This document shows positions 1 to 15,100 of a stretch of DNA of 64,000 bases, piece by piece. This stretch comes from Phoronis australis. Its lineage: Eukaryota; Animalia; Phoronida. Location: the NCBI GenBank assembly GCA_002633005.1, contig NMRA01000142.1, positions 351,356 through 415,355 of the forward strand, given 5' to 3'. Numbering within the stretch: position 1 is the first letter of the stretch; each line of letters begins with the position of its first letter. The translations under genes were made by a program, and so were the position numbers. Below the pieces are notes generated by a model. The model was not told the origin of the DNA. It saw only the letters and a program-made list of their open reading frames with translations, and did no database searches.

Positions 1-3000
1 CTTCAGTGAAGATTTTTATGTTATTTTCCTGCACACTACCCTCACTGTCTTTGTCCAAGGCCACTGAGTACTTCTCTTGCTCGTTGTTAGTGTCTTCACT
101 TAAGTTCTGAATTTCTAACACTATTTCAGACCTGGTAACTGGTTCTGCTTCAGTGTCCTCTGTGTCTCCTCTGTAGATGACAGCTTGCAACTCTAAATCT
201 TCAGCAGTCTTGTTAATAACCTCTTCGTTAGCAGGCACCTCCAAATCTTTCTTGCACTTGATACCGTCTTCTTGGCGTATTATTGCTTTCTCATATTCTT
301 TGCCAGTGTGTTCTGAACCTGCTTGAAGGATGGCGCCGTCCTCTTTGTCTTTTAATGTGGCCACTGGAAGTTCCCCATCTTCAATATTCTGATCAGAAGC
401 ATTGTTATTTGTGCTATCATGGAATGTGTCCTGTGAACACGCTCTGTCTCTGGGAGCTTCTTTGCCATCGTCACTGGCTATTGTAAACTTCTTTTCATGC
501 ACACTGTCCTCATTATCTTTGTCAGTGGACTTCTCTTGTTTGACATTAGTGTCTTCATTTGTGTTCTGAGTATCAGATATTACTTCAGAACTAGGACTTG
601 TTTCTGACTCAATGTATTCTGAATCACCTTGGTAGGTGACACCATGCAGCTTTAATATTGTAGCACTGTAAATTTCTTTGTCAGTGTCTTCTGAACCTTT
701 TTGACAGGTGGCATCATCCTTTTTGTCATTTCTTGTAACCACTGAAAATTCCCCATGCTTGGTATTCTGATCAAAAGTGTTGTTAGTTGTGTCTAGGAGT
801 TCTGCACTCATATTGTCTCTGACGTCTTCATTGGCAACTGTCTCTAAAACGTCATTGTGACCAAAGCCAATTGTATCCTCAGCACTTGCACTGATGTCAT
901 ACCTGCTACTATGCTGTGTTTTGAATACCACTTGATATTCGTCCAACCTCCCATCATCCATGTCAACCAAAATGTCTTCCTGGTTTTTGCCATCTCCTTT
1001 GTCTCTGGTATCACAATTTTGATGACTAATGACATTTCTTTCTTCTATTACAGTTTTAATTTTGTCGTCCTTTACAGTGTTCAAATCCTCTCTGTTACAA
1101 GATGCATTTTGGTCAACCGTGTGATCTTTCCCAGTCTCCACTTCATTGTCTCTTTCTCCGTAACTGTTTTCAGTATCTGGGTGGACTTCGTCATCATTGC
1201 TCTTTGCGTGCAAACATTCATTCTTGGTATCAGTCTCTATGTCTTTAACATTGTCATCTGGATCTCCTGCAAACTTGGAATCTTTCTTACCTGCTTCGTC
1301 CATTCCCTCTAAAGCGCTTTCACTCTGATGTTCATAATCGCTATCATTATCAGTGACCTCTGAACCATCTTTATGCATGCTGTCCGCCTCATATGGTTCC
1401 CTTGTTTCATCGCCTTCAGACATTTTTTCAATTTCAACTTTTTCAGAATCATTTTCTTCATGCCTGTTACCAGTTTTATTGTCTTGTGAACCAACAGGCA
1501 TTGAGTCTTTGTCATCTTTGCCAGAATCTTTTAACCCTTCTTGATCGTCATCTTTATGCCTTTTTAATGACTTGTCATCATTTCTGGGAGCTTCTGTGAT
1601 GATGTTATTGTTGTTGACAGTTGCGTCATCTTCTGTGTCCAATGCCTCTTTACACTTCTGTTTCTCTGAGTCGTCAGTTGTGTTTTGAATGTCATATATC
1701 ATTGCTGACCTGTCCGTGTCTATTTCAGATGCCTCTAAATCATCTTGACAGATCGCAGCTGCTTCCATTTTGTCAAACAGTTCCAATTGTCCTTCAGTGT
1801 CATCTTTTTTGGCAGTAGTTTCTCCAGTGTTTTGGCAGGTGCTATCGATTTCTCTGTATGAAGTATTAATTGCCTTTTCTTTGGCATTGTCTTCTGAAAC
1901 TTCTTCACGGATGTCATCTTCCTTTCTGTCTTTGCATGTGGCATCTGAATGATCCCCGTGATCAGTATTCTGATTAGCAATCTTGTCAGTTGTGTCGTCT
2001 CTGTATTTGTCCTGTGAACATTCTCCACTTGTGGAGGTATTTTCACTATCTTCATTGGCTGTTTGAGTGTTCTTTTCATGCATGCTATCCTCATTCTCTT
2101 TGTACATGTCCTCTGAGTGCTTCTCTTGCCTGCTGATAGTGCCTGCACGTGTGTTATGAATATCCAATGTTATTTCAGACCTGGTGCTTGTTTCTGGTTC
2201 AGTGTCCTCTGAATCTTCTTGGTGGTCAACAGCATGCAACTCCAAGTCTTCAGCAGTCATGTCAATTATGTCTTCTTTGTCAACAGCACCCAAACCTTCC
2301 AGGGAGCCTATTTCATTGCTTTTATATATTGTGGCATTCTCACTTTCTTTGTCAGTGTCTTCTGGACCTTCTCGACTGATTATATCGTCCGATTTGTCTT
2401 TGGATGGCATATCTGAAATTTCCTCATGCTTTATATTTTGATTAGAAGTATTGTCATCCTTGTAGGTATCCTGTGAACATTCTATGCTTCTGGGATCATC
2501 TTTGTCATCTTCATTGTCAATTTTTACATTCTTTTCATGCACACTATCCTTTTTACTGTTTTCCGATGCCTCTGAGTACTTCTCTTGCTGGTCATTAGTG
2601 TCTGCACTTGTACTCTGAATATCTAACATCATTTCAGACTTGGCAACTGTTTCTGCTTCAGTGTCACCTGAATCCTCTTGATAGATGACAGTATCCAACT
2701 CCAATGTTGTGGCATTCTCAATTTCTTTTTCAGTGTCTTGAAAGGTGGCAACATCCTTTTTGTCTGTTCTTGTGACCTCTGAAAATTCCCCATGCTCAAT
2801 ATTCTGATCACAGGTATTGTTAGTTGTATCTGAATTTCCTAGACTTATATTGTCTCTGCCATCCATATTGGCAACTGTCACCAGAACTTCACTGTGGCTG
2901 AGGTCAACCGTACAAGTTTTTCCATGTCTCTCATCAATTTCATTGCAGTCTTTTTCAGTCACTTGGGAACCAACAGGCTTTGAATCTGTGTCATCTTTGT

Positions 3001-6000
3001 CAGAATCTTTTGAACCTTTTTGTCTGTTCTCTTGCTCACCATCTTCATGCTTGTATTGTGACTTGTCACTTCCGAGATCATCTTTATCATCTTCATTGAT
3101 GATCTCATCATATTTGTCCATTTTTTGTTTGTGCTTTTGTTGCTCCTTGTCATTGTCATCAGTTGTGTTTTGCATGTCAGGTGTTACTTCTGAGATTTCG
3201 TCTGCCTCTGCTTCAGTCACCTCTGAGTCTTCTTGGCGAATTGCGGCAGCCTCTACTTTGTCAAACAGCTCTGAATGCTCTTTAGTATTGTCTGTGGTAG
3301 CAGTTTCCACAGTGTTTTGACAGGTGCTATCATTTTCTTTGTCTGTAGTAGCAATTGCCTTTTCTTTGCTAGTGTCTTTAAATTCTTCACCAATAGAAAC
3401 ATCTTTTCTATCTGTGTATGTGGCCTCTGAAAATTTCCCATGCTCAATATTTTGATTGGAAGTATTGTCTGTATTGTCATCCCTGGAGATTCCCTGTGAA
3501 CATTCCACACTTGTGGAGACATCTTTGTCATCTTGATTGTCAAATTTAACATTGTCGTGCACACTGTCCTCGTTATCTTTCTCCATGGCCTCTGATTTCT
3601 TGTGTTGTTTGTCATTAGTGTCTGCTGTTGTGTTCTCATTACCTGATATCATTTCAGATCTGGTGTCTGTTTCTGCATTAGACTCCTCTGAATTTCTTCG
3701 GTAGGTGACATCATCCAGGTCCACTGCTGTGGCATTCTCAATTTCTGTTTCAATGTCTTTCAAACCTTCTAGACAGGTGGCATCTTCATTTTCGTCTTTT
3801 CTTGTGACCTCTAAAAATTCCCCATGCTCAATATTCTGATCAGAAGTATTGTTAGTTGTAACTGAATTTTCTTCACACACATTTGCTCTGTCATCTTCAT
3901 TGGCAACTGTCACTAAAACTTCACTGGAGCTGAAGTCACCTTTGCTCACAGCACTTGAACTGATGTCGGGCCTGCTACCATGTGTTTTGGACAGTTCTAA
4001 ATATTCGTCCATCCAGCCATCACCCGTACTGGCTTTGTGCATGTGAACCAAAGTGTCTTCATGGCTGTTAACGTTTTCTTCTTTGTCGGTGGTATCAGAA
4101 CTTTGCTGACTAATCACATTTCTTTCTTCTCTCACAGTTGTCATTTTGTTGTCTTTTACAGTGCTCAAATCTCCTATGTTACAAGATGTATTTTGCTTAA
4201 TGTTATGAGCTTTTCCAGTCTCTACTTCATTGTCTGTTTCTCTGTAACTGTCTTCAGTGTCTCGATGGACTTCATCATCATCGGCCTTTGCCTGCAAACC
4301 TTCTCCATCCTGGTTATCATCTCCTTTGTCTTTAACAGCGTCATCTGAATCTTTTTCAGGCTTAAGATCTTTCTCACCTACTAGAGCCATCGCCTCTGAA
4401 GCACTTTCACACAGGCATTCATAGTTGCTATCATTGCCAGTAACCTCTGATCCATTTTTATGCATTCCATCTGTTTCGTGGTTTTTGATTGCCTCATTGT
4501 CTTTGTTAGGCATTTTATCAATTTCATATTTTTCAACACAAGTTTTTTCATGCCTGTCACCAGTTTCGTTGTAGTCTTTTTCAGTTTGTTGTGAACCAAC
4601 AGGCATTGAATCTGGGTCATCTTTGTCAAAAGCTTTTGAGCCTACTTGTTTGTTGTCTTGCTCATCTTTATGATTGTCTAGTGATTTGTCACTTTTGTTA
4701 GCATCTTTGAGATCTTCATTGATGTTCTGATCATCTTTGTCCAACTTCTGTTTGCACTTTTGTTGCTCCTTGTCATTGTCATCAGTTGTATTTTGCATTT
4801 TGTGTGCTGTAGCTGGGCTTTGGTCTGTCTCTGCGTCAGTTGGCTCTGAATCATATTGGTGAATTGTAGCAGCCTCTATTTTGTCAAACAATGCTGAATG
4901 TTCTTCAGTATCATCTTCTTTGGCATTAGATTCCACATTGTTCTGGCAGGTGGTATCATTTTCTTTGTAAGCAGTTGCAATTGCTTTTCCTTTGTCAGTG
5001 TCTTCTGAAACTTCACCTATGGAAACATTCCTTCTGTCCATGCATGTGGCCTCTGAAAATTCTTCATGCTCAGCATTCTGATGAGAAGTATTGTCGATTT
5101 TGTCATCTTTGTATGTGTCCTGTGAACATTCCATGCTTCTGGGGTCCTCTTCATTGATAATTTTAAAATTGTTTTCATGCGCATTATCCTCGTCATCTTT
5201 GTCGATGTCCTCTGAGTTGCTGTGTTGCTTGTCATTAGTGTCTCCATTTGTGTTCCGATTATCTGTCATTTCAGACCTGGCATCTGTTTCTGCTTGAGAC
5301 TCCCCTGAATTTTCTTGGTAGATGACAGTATTCAGGTCCGCTATTATGGCATTCTCAAGTTCCTTTTCAATGTCTTCTGAATCTTCTTGATAGGTGGCAT
5401 CATCCATTTTTTCTTTTCTTGTGGCCTCTGAAAATTCTCCATGCTCAATATTCTGTCCAAAAGTATTGTTAGTTGTATCTGATATTTCTTCACACATTTT
5501 GGTTTTGTTTTCTGCATTTGCAACTGTCACTAAAACTTCACTGTGGCTGAAGTCAACTGTACCCGTTGCATTTGAACTAATGCCAGATCTGCTACCATGC
5601 TGTGGTTTGGATACCTCTGAATATTCATCCATACTGCCACCACCCATTTTAGCTTTGTCCATGTGAACCAAAATGTCTTCCTGGCTATTACCATTTTCTC
5701 CTTTGTCGCTCGTATCAGAACTTTGAGGACTAATGACATTTCCTTCTTCTGCTACAGTTGCAATTTTATCGTCTTTTACAGTGTCCAAGCCCTGTGTGTT
5801 ACCAGATGTGTTCTGGTCAACATCATAAGCTTTCCTAGTCTCCACTTCATTGTCGATTTCTTTGTAAATGTCTTCAGTATCTGGATCAGCTTCATCATCA
5901 CTGCTTCTTGTCTGCAATCCTTCTCCATCCTTGATATCATCTTTGTCTTTAACTGTGTCCTCTGAATCTTTTTCAGGCTTGAGATCTTTCTTACTCACTT

Positions 6001-9000
6001 GATCCATCTCTTCTGAAGCACTTTCACACTGACGTTCATAGGTAGTATCATTGTCAATGATCTCTGATCCATCTTTATGCATGCTGTCTACATCATATTT
6101 TTTGGTTGTCTCATCTTCTTCAAACATTTTATCAGTTTCAAAATTTTCAGCATTCATTTTTCCATGCCTGTCGTCAGTTTCATTGCAGTCTTTTTCAGTG
6201 TCTTGTGAACCTGTAGGCATTGAGTCTGTTTCATCTTTGTTAGAATCTTTTGAACTTTCTTGTCTGTTGTCTTGTTCATCATATTGAAGCTTGTCTTTTG
6301 ACTTGTTGTCATTTCCTAGAGCATCTTTGGCATCTTCATTGATGATGTTCTCATCATTTTTGTCCGATGTCTGTTTGCACTTTTGTTGCTCCTTGTCATT
6401 ATCATATGATGTGTTTTGTATGTCGGGTGTTGGCATTGCGCTGTTGTCTGTCTCTACTTCAGTTTCAACTGAGTCATCTTGGTGTATTGCAACAGCTTCT
6501 ATTTTGTCAAACAGTTCTGAATGTTCTTCAGTATCACCTTCTTTGAGAATAGTTTCTACACTGTTCTGACTGGTGCTGTCTATTTCTTTGTATGAAGGTG
6601 CAATTGCTTTTCCTTTGCCAGTATCTTCTGAAACGTCTTCACCAATGGGAACATCCTTTCTGTCTATGTATGTGGCCTCAGAAAATTCTTGCTCATTATT
6701 CTGATTAGATGTGTTGTCAGTTGTGTCATCCCTGTAGATGTCCTTTGAACATTCCTCTGTTCTAGGGACATCTTTTTCGTCTTGATTGGGAATTTTAACG
6801 TTGTTTTCATGCACACTATCCTCGTTATCTTTGTCCATTGCCTCTAAGTTCTTGTGTTGTGTGTCATTAGTGTCTGCACTTGTGTTCTGAATAATCAATG
6901 TCATTTCTGACCTGGCATCTGTTTCTGCTGTAAACTTCCCTGAATTTCCTTGGTAGATGACACTATCCAGGTCCGCTGTTATGGCATGCTCAATTTCCTT
7001 TTCAGTGCCTTCTGAACTTTCTTGATAGGTGGCATCATCCATGTTGTCTTTTCTTGTGGCCTCTGAAAATTCCCCATGCTCAATATTCTGATCAAAAATA
7101 CTGTTAGTTGTGTCTGAATTTTCTTCGCACATATTGGTTCTGTTTTCCACACTGGCAACTGTCACTAAAACTTCACTGTTGCTGAAGTCAATTGTACCCA
7201 TAGCACTTGAACTAATGTCAGATCTGCTACCATGCTGTGGTTTGGTTACCTCTAAATATTCGTCCATACTGCCACCACCCATTTTAGCTTTGTCCATGTG
7301 AACCAAAATGTCTTCCTGGCTATTACCATTTTCTCCTTTGTCGCTCGTATCAGAACTTTGAGGACTAATGACATTTCCTTCTTCTGCTACAGTTGCAATT
7401 TTATCGTCTTTTACAGTGTCCAAGCCCTCTGTGTTAACAGATGTGTTCTGGTCAACATCATAAGCTTTCCAAGTCTCCACTTCATTGTCTATTTCTTCGT
7501 TAACGTCTTCAGTATCTGGATCTGTTTCATCATCATTGCTCCTTGTCTGCAATCCTTCTCCATCCTTGATATCATCTTTGTCTTTAACTGTGTCCTCTGA
7601 ATCTTTTTCAGGCTTGAGAGCTTTCTTACTCACTTGATCCATCTCTTCTGAAGCACTTTCACACTGACGTTCATAGGTAGTATCATTGTCAATGATCTCT
7701 GATCCATCTTTATGCATGCTATCTACATCATATTTTTTGGTTGTCTCATCATCTTCAAACATTTTATCAGTTTCAAAATTTTCAGCATTCATTTTTCCAT
7801 GCCTGTCGTCAGTTTCATTGCAGTCTTTTTCAGTGTCTTGTGAACCTGTAGGCATTGAGTCTGTTTCATCTTTGTTAGAATCTTTTGAACCTTCTTGTCT
7901 GTTGTCTTGTTCATCATATTGAAGATTGTCTTTTGACTTGTTGTCACTTCCTGGAGCATCTTTGGCATCTTCATTGATGATGTTCTCATCATTTTCGTCC
8001 GATGTCTGTTTGCACTTTTGTTGCTTCTTGTCATTATCATATGATGTGTTTTGTATGTCGGGTGTTGGCATTGCGCTGTTGTCTGTCTCTACTTCAGTTT
8101 CAACTGAGTCATCTTGGTGTATTGCAACAGCTTCTATTTTGTCAAACTGTTCTGAATGTTCTTCAGTACCACCTTCTTTGAGAATAGTGTCCACACTGTT
8201 CTGACTGGTGCTGTCTATTTCTTTGTATGAAGGTGCAATTGCTTTTCCTTTGCCAGTGTCTTCTAAAACTTCTTCACCAATGGGAATATCCTTTCTGTCT
8301 ATGTATGTGGCCTCAGAAAATTTTCCTTGCTCATTATTCTGATTAGAAGTATTGTCAGTTGTGTCATCCCCGTAGATGTCTTTTGAACATTCCTCAGTTC
8401 TAGGGACATCTTTTTCGTCTTGATTGGCAATTTTAACCTTGTTTTCATGCACACTATCCTCGTTATCTGTGTCAGTTGCCTCTAAGTTCTTGTGTTGCGT
8501 GTCATTAGTGTCTGCACTTGTGTTCTGAATATTCAATGTCATTTCTGACCTGGCATCTGTTTCTGCTGTAAACTCCCCTGAATTTCCTTGGTAGATGATA
8601 CTATCCAGGTCGCCTGTTATGGCATGCTCAATTTCCTTTTCTGTGCCTTCTGAACCTTCTTGATAGGTGGCATCATCCATGTTGTCTTTTCTTGTTGCCT
8701 CTGAAAATTCCCCATGCTCAATATTCTGATCAAAAAGACTGTTAGTTGTGTCTGAATTTTCATCGCACATATTGGTTCTGTTTTCCACGTTGGCAACTGT
8801 CACTAAAACTTCACTGTGGCTTAAGTCAACTGTACCCGTAGCATTTGAACTAATGCCAGATCTGCTACCATGCTGTGGTTTGGATACCTCTGAATATTCA
8901 TCCATACTGCCACCACCCATTTTAGCTTTGTCCATGTGAACCAAAATGTCTTCCTGGCTATTACCATTTTCTCCTTTGTCGCTCGTATCAGAACTTTGAG

Positions 9001-12000
9001 GACTAATGACATTTCCTTCTTCTGCTACAGTTGCAATTTTATCGTCTTTTACAGTGTCCATGCCCTCTGTGTTAACAGATGTGTTTTGGTCAACATCATA
9101 AGCTTTCCCAGTCCCCACTTCATTGTCTATTTCTTTGTAAATGTCTTCAGTATCTGGATCAGCTTCATCATCACTGCTCCTTGTCTGCAATCCTTCTCCA
9201 TCCTTGATATCATCTTTGTCTTTAACTGTGTCCTCTGAATCTTTTTCAGGCTTGAGATCTTTCTTACTCACTTGATCCATCTCTTCTGAAGCACTTTCAC
9301 ACTGACGTTCATAGGTAGTATCATTGTCAATGATCTCTGATCCATCTTTATGCATGCTGTCTACATCATATTTTTTGGTTGTCTCATCATCCTCAAACAT
9401 TTTATCAGTTTCAAAATTTTCAGCATTCATTTTTCCATGCCTGTCGTCAGTTTCATTACTGCAGTCTTTTTCAGCATCTTGTGAACCTGTTGGCAATGAG
9501 TCTGTTTCATCTTTGTTAGAATCTTTTGAACTTTCTTGTCTGTTGTCTTGTTCATCATATTTAAGCTTGTCTTTTGACTTGTTGTCACTTCCTGGAGCAT
9601 CTTTGGCATCTTCATTGATGATTTTCTCATCATTTTTGTCCGATGTCTGTTTGCACTTTTGTTGCTCCTTGTCATTATCATATGATGTGTTTTGTATGTC
9701 AAGTGTTGGTGTTGCACTGTTCTCTGTCCCTACTTCAGTCTCAACTGAGTCATCTTGGTGAATTGCAATAGCTTCTATTTTGTCAAACAGTTCTGAATGC
9801 TCTTCAGTATCTCTTTCTTTGAGAATAGTTTCCACACTGTTCTGACTAGTGCTGTCTATTTCTTTGTGTGAAGGTGCAATGGCTTTTCCTTTGCCAGTGT
9901 CTTCTGAAACTTCTTCACCAATGGGAACATCCTTTCTGTCTATGTATGTGGCCTCAGAAAATTTTCCTTGCTCAATATTCTGATTAGAAGTATTGTCAGT
10001 TGTGTCATCCCCGTAGATGTCCTTTGAACATTCCTCAGTTCTAGGGACATCTTTTTCGTCTTGATTGGCAATTTTAACCGTGTTTTCATGCACACTATCC
10101 TCGTTATCTTTGTCCATTGCCTCTAAGTTCTTGTGTTGCGTGTCATTAGTGTCTGCACTTGTGTTCTGAATATTCAATGTCATTTCTGACCTGGCATCTG
10201 TTTCTGCTGTAAACTCCCCTGAATTTCCTTGGTAGATGACACTATCCAGGTCCGCTGTTATGGCATGCTCAATTTCCTTTTCAGTGCCTTCTAAACCTTC
10301 TTGATAGGTGGCATCATCCATGTTGTCTTTTCTTGTGGCCTCTGAAAATTCCCCATGCTCAATATTCTGATCAAAAATACTGTTAGTTGTGTTTGAATTT
10401 TCTTCGCACATATTGGTTCTGTTTTCCACATTGGCATCTGTCACTAAAACTTCACTGTGGCTGAAGTCAACTGTACCCATAGCATTTGAACTAATGTCGG
10501 ACCTGCTACCATGCTGTGTTTTGGATATCTCTAAATATTCATCCAGACTGCCATGACCTGTACTAGCTTTGTCCATGTTAACCAAAATGTCTTCCTGGCT
10601 TTTGCCATTTTCTTCTTTGTCACTGGCATCATAACTTGGATTTTTATTGGTATTTCTATCTTCTATTACAACTGTAAGTTTGTTGTCTTTTACAGTGTTC
10701 AAATCCTCTCGGTCACAAGGTGCTTTTTGCTCAATACGATCTTTCCCAGTTTCCACTTTGTTGTCTCTTTCTCTGTAACTGTCTTCAGCATCTGGGTGGA
10801 CTTCGTCATTATCACTCTTTGCCTGCAAACCTGCTCCATCCTTGTTATCTTTTTTGCCGTTAATAGCATCCTCTGAATCTGTTTGAGGTTTGAAGTCTTT
10901 CTTACCTACTTGATCCATCTCCTCTGAAACACTTTCACATTGACATTCATCGTTGGTATCATTGCCAGTGACCTCTGAACCATATGTATACACGTCATAT
11001 GCCTCATATTTTTCAGTTGTCTCATTGCCCTTTTCAGACATCTCATCAATTTCATATTTTTTATCATCAGTTTTTTCATGCCTGTCATCAGTTTCAGTGT
11101 AATCTTTTTCATCCTCTTTTGTATCTGTGTCCTGTTTTTCAGAATATTTTAACGCTTCTAGTTTTTGGCCTTCATCATCATTTTTATCACTGTCTTTTTC
11201 TACCTCAGTTGTGTCATCTTGGTGGATCACAGCAGCCTCTGTTTTTTCAAACAGTTCTGAATTTTCTGCGGTGTCATCTTTTGCCGTAGCTTCCACAATG
11301 TTTTCGCTGGTGTTATTGTCTTTGTCCATGGCGTCTGGGTACTTCTCCTGCTTGTTGTTGATATCTGCACTCATGTTATCAATATCTTTGTACCTAGTGC
11401 CAGCTTCTGCTTCAGTATCTTCTAAGTCTTCTTGGTCGATGGTAGCGTACAGCTCCAAATCTTCAACAGTCATGTTAACAACATCTTCTTTGACAGCAGC
11501 CTCCAAACCTTTCAGGAAGGTACCCTCTTCTTCGCATATTGTGTCATTCTCAGCTTCTTTGTCAGTGGTTAATGAACTTTCTTGGCATATGGTATTATCC
11601 TTTTTGTCTTTGCACAATGCCTCTGAGTATTTTCCATCCTCAATTTTCTGAATGGAAGCATTGCTAGTGATCCCATCATTGTACATTTCATGTGAACATT
11701 CTCCGCTTTTGGTGGCATCTCCATCTTCACTGGCAATTGTAAAGTCTATTTTATGCACACTATCCTCATTATCTTTGTCCATGACCTCTGAGTACTTCTC
11801 TTGCTTTTTGTTGGTGGCATCTGTTGTGTTCTGAATGTGTGACATTGTTTCAGACCTGATGCTTGTTTCTGATTCAGTGGCCTCTGTATCTTCTTGATAG
11901 ATGAGAGCACACAGCTCCAAATCTTGAGCAGAGCCTTCATGACTGTCTTCAGGATATGGATCAGCTATGTCATTACCATCACTCTTTGCCTGCACACCTT

Positions 12001-12100
12001 CTCCATCGCTGATATTATTCTCCTTAACAGTGGCCTCTTGATCTATTTCATGTTTGAGATCTTTCTTACCTCCTTCATCCATCTCTGAAGCACTTTTTTC
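1..12100 (-). repeat. Coding tandem repeat array, unit ~1.62-1.67 kb (~545 aa), about 7 units visible, continuing beyond window start
   Basis: Anchor gt(g/c/t)aaccaaa(a/g)tgtcttc at 962, 4043, 5663, 7298, 8936, 10577 (spacings 3081, 1620, 1635, 1638, 1641). Near-identical shadow ORFs at 5663/7298/8936 and 6051/7686/9324. Left-hand units carry ~460-bp sub-duplications and a deletion. Confidence 0.95.
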
Positions 12101-15100
12101 TTCATTCTGGTTCACCTTGTCACCTTCTTTGTCAAAAGTTTTTGAATCTTTTGTACAGAAGGAGTCATTATCATTGTTTTCTTCATTGTCCTCTGAATCT
12201 GCTTTGGTGACACTAATGTTGTCAAATTCTCTTTTGTTGTCATTTGAACCTTCTTGAAAGTTGACACTTTTGTCATCATTAACAACAGTCTCCTTGTCTT
12301 CATAGCTGTGGTCATTCTTGTCAGCTCTGTCAGCTACACACCTGTTGTCCTCCACAACTTCTTTTTCTGTGTTGCTTAACATCACACCAACATCGTCATC
12401 TTCATCTGCTGCATCCGAACATTCTTTGCTGTTGATACCATTCTTATCCTCTTGATTCATGAAATCTAAAATTTCTTCCCTGTTATTACCTGTTTTATCC
12501 TTGTCTATATCATCTAAACTTTCATGGTGCGTTGTAACACTCTCTACATTGTCTAAGGTAATAGCTTCTAAGTCGTCTTCCTCTATGGTATGCATGTTGT
12601 TATGTTTGTCCATATTCGTTGGATCGTCATTTTCTGTGGCAGTTAAACTTTTGTCTTTTTCTTGATCAGTTTTATCAAAAATTTCTTCATTGCTGGTAAG
12701 GCTTTGTTGAGCATTGTAACTTTCTTTGATTTCTGGGAGACCATTAACGTTATCAGCATCACCGTCTGCACTCTTAGAACTTGTGTCCTTTTTACTTGTA
12801 TTATTTGAGTTGTCTTCATCATCTTCAATCAGGTTCGTAGCTCCACCACTGCTATCTTCATCTCTGTTATATTTGATATCGGAACAGTCTTCATTACTGT
12901 TACTCATTCTGGTGTCCTTGTCCACAGCACCAGAACTTTGCGCAGTTGGGATGTCTTTCTCTTGGCAATCCTCATTGATAATTTTGTCCTGTCCATACTT
13001 TGCATTTTTATCTTCATTGACTGGAAGACCCTCTTGGGTGATGCTGTCATTCTTCTCTTTGTTTGTTAAGTCTAAATCTTTGGTTTGGGGAATATAAACT
13101 TCTTTTCCCTCAAATTCATTTTGCTTGGTGGTCCTATTTTCTTCTCTGCAGGTGTTGACCTCTGAATCACCATGGAAAATTGTGTCATCCCTGTCTTCTT
13201 TGTATATTGCCTCTGCGCCTGTTGCATGCCTAGCCTCATTCTGATCAAAACTCATGTTAACAGGATCTGAACTCTCCTCATCCTTAGTCAACTTGACATC
13301 TTCAGTAGTGACATCGGAATATTCCTTGCTGCCATTGTTTTCAGGGTGGATACCCACCCTTTTAACTTCGTCATGCACACAGTTTTCAAGTGAATTGTCT
13401 TCTGACCTAATATTCACATTATCTTCAAGTTTGATATCTTCTGAGTCCTTTTTGCAGCTGGTGTCTTTTTCCTTGTCTTTGGTGATGCTCTGCACATCTG
13501 TTTCATATCTAGTGTCGTCATTTACTTTATCTGTCTCATGACTGCTTGCTGTTACATAACCTTGCACATCAATGGTATCATCATTGCCATCTTTTTCTGT
13601 TGCCTCTGAACTTTCTGGATACCTGGCATCATTGCTATCTTTTACATCAGATTCTTCCTTTTCTATGGATTTACTTTCATTGGTGCCAGTTGTTTCTAGG
13701 TGTTCTTCATTCTGGGTTTCGCTGTCATTGTTTCTATCGGCGATATCTTCCTCCCTGCTATCATCAGCATCTTTGTCAACATGGTCAGACTGTCTTTGTC
13801 TGTAATCCACATCATCATTCTTGAAATCTGAACTCTCTTGACACTCTTCATTTTCTGCTTCATCCATGTCATTGACATGTACAACTTCTTGGTTCGTAGA
13901 ATTGACTGCATTGTCAACTTGTGTTTTGCTAGTCTCCTCTAGATTTTTATCACTTTTATCACCGAGCTGGGATTTTTCTTGTCTGTTTGCATTATCAACT
14001 GTATCTATGTCTATTGAGGCTTCTTCTTGCAGGCAACTACTGTATTCTTTCTCATCAGTGGTTTGCGTCTGTTCTGAGAACATTGCATCATTTTCTCCTT
14101 CGTTGTTGTCAACCTGTGAGTCATTTTCATGTCTGTTGTCATTAATTTTGTCATTGTTAACTGAACTTGTCTTTCCATCTTTAGTAGTGTCCTCCAAAGC
14201 TTTTTCATACCTGTAGTTGCATGTGGTGTCTTCTTTGTTCACAATTTCATTAATTTCTTCCATGTCTTCTTTTTCAGTAGTCTCTGAAGCCTCTTGGTCT
14301 TTTTCATATGTTGTACCAGTATCAATACTGTCATATTTTTTAGCTGGGGTGCTAAAAGCTCCTTCAAACTTGGGTTCATTTTGCACCTCTTGATTGATTG
14401 CCTCAGAGATGTTTTCATATGATAATGTTTTGCTTATGACCTTTGAACCATCTTCTTGCTTGCCTTCATTGTTCTCTTGAAGAGTTACCTGTTGACTGTT
14501 TGCAAAACTTCCAATAATCTGGATTTCAGTTCTAGTGGTCTCTAACAGTGTTTCTTGTCTTGTAATTCCTTCTTTATTCAAACCTTCTGTATCCTGATAT
14601 GTAAGATGAACATCATCTGTCTCACGCACCCCTGACAGTTCATTTGTAGCATCATTTGTATTATCTTGTGAAATTTCTTGTGTCGTAGTATTCACACATG
14701 TGTCTTTTACAATATGGCATTCTTTGTCTTCAGAAGAATCTGGTTTTTCTTCTTCCCTGATTTCATTTGTATCATTTTCAGTACTGATATCATCCTCATC
14801 TTCATTCCCGTTATCTTGATCACCAGGCCCAATTTCCGATTTATCTAGTCTTTGGGTATTTAATCTCAATTCCGCATCTGTCTTAATACCCTTGATTGTG
14901 GTATGAGAAGCTATATTCCAAATACCCTCTTCGTCTGTACCCGGTTCATGTTTGTTAACATTTCTGTTGTCTATATCACTGGTGTTTCCATTTCCTTCAT
15001 CTTCAGAATTTTCGCTTGAGTCATCGCCCACATTTTTTAGTTTGGTCCCAAGACCTTCCTCACTTGTGGGATCTGCACTGGCATCTTCATCACTGTCCAT

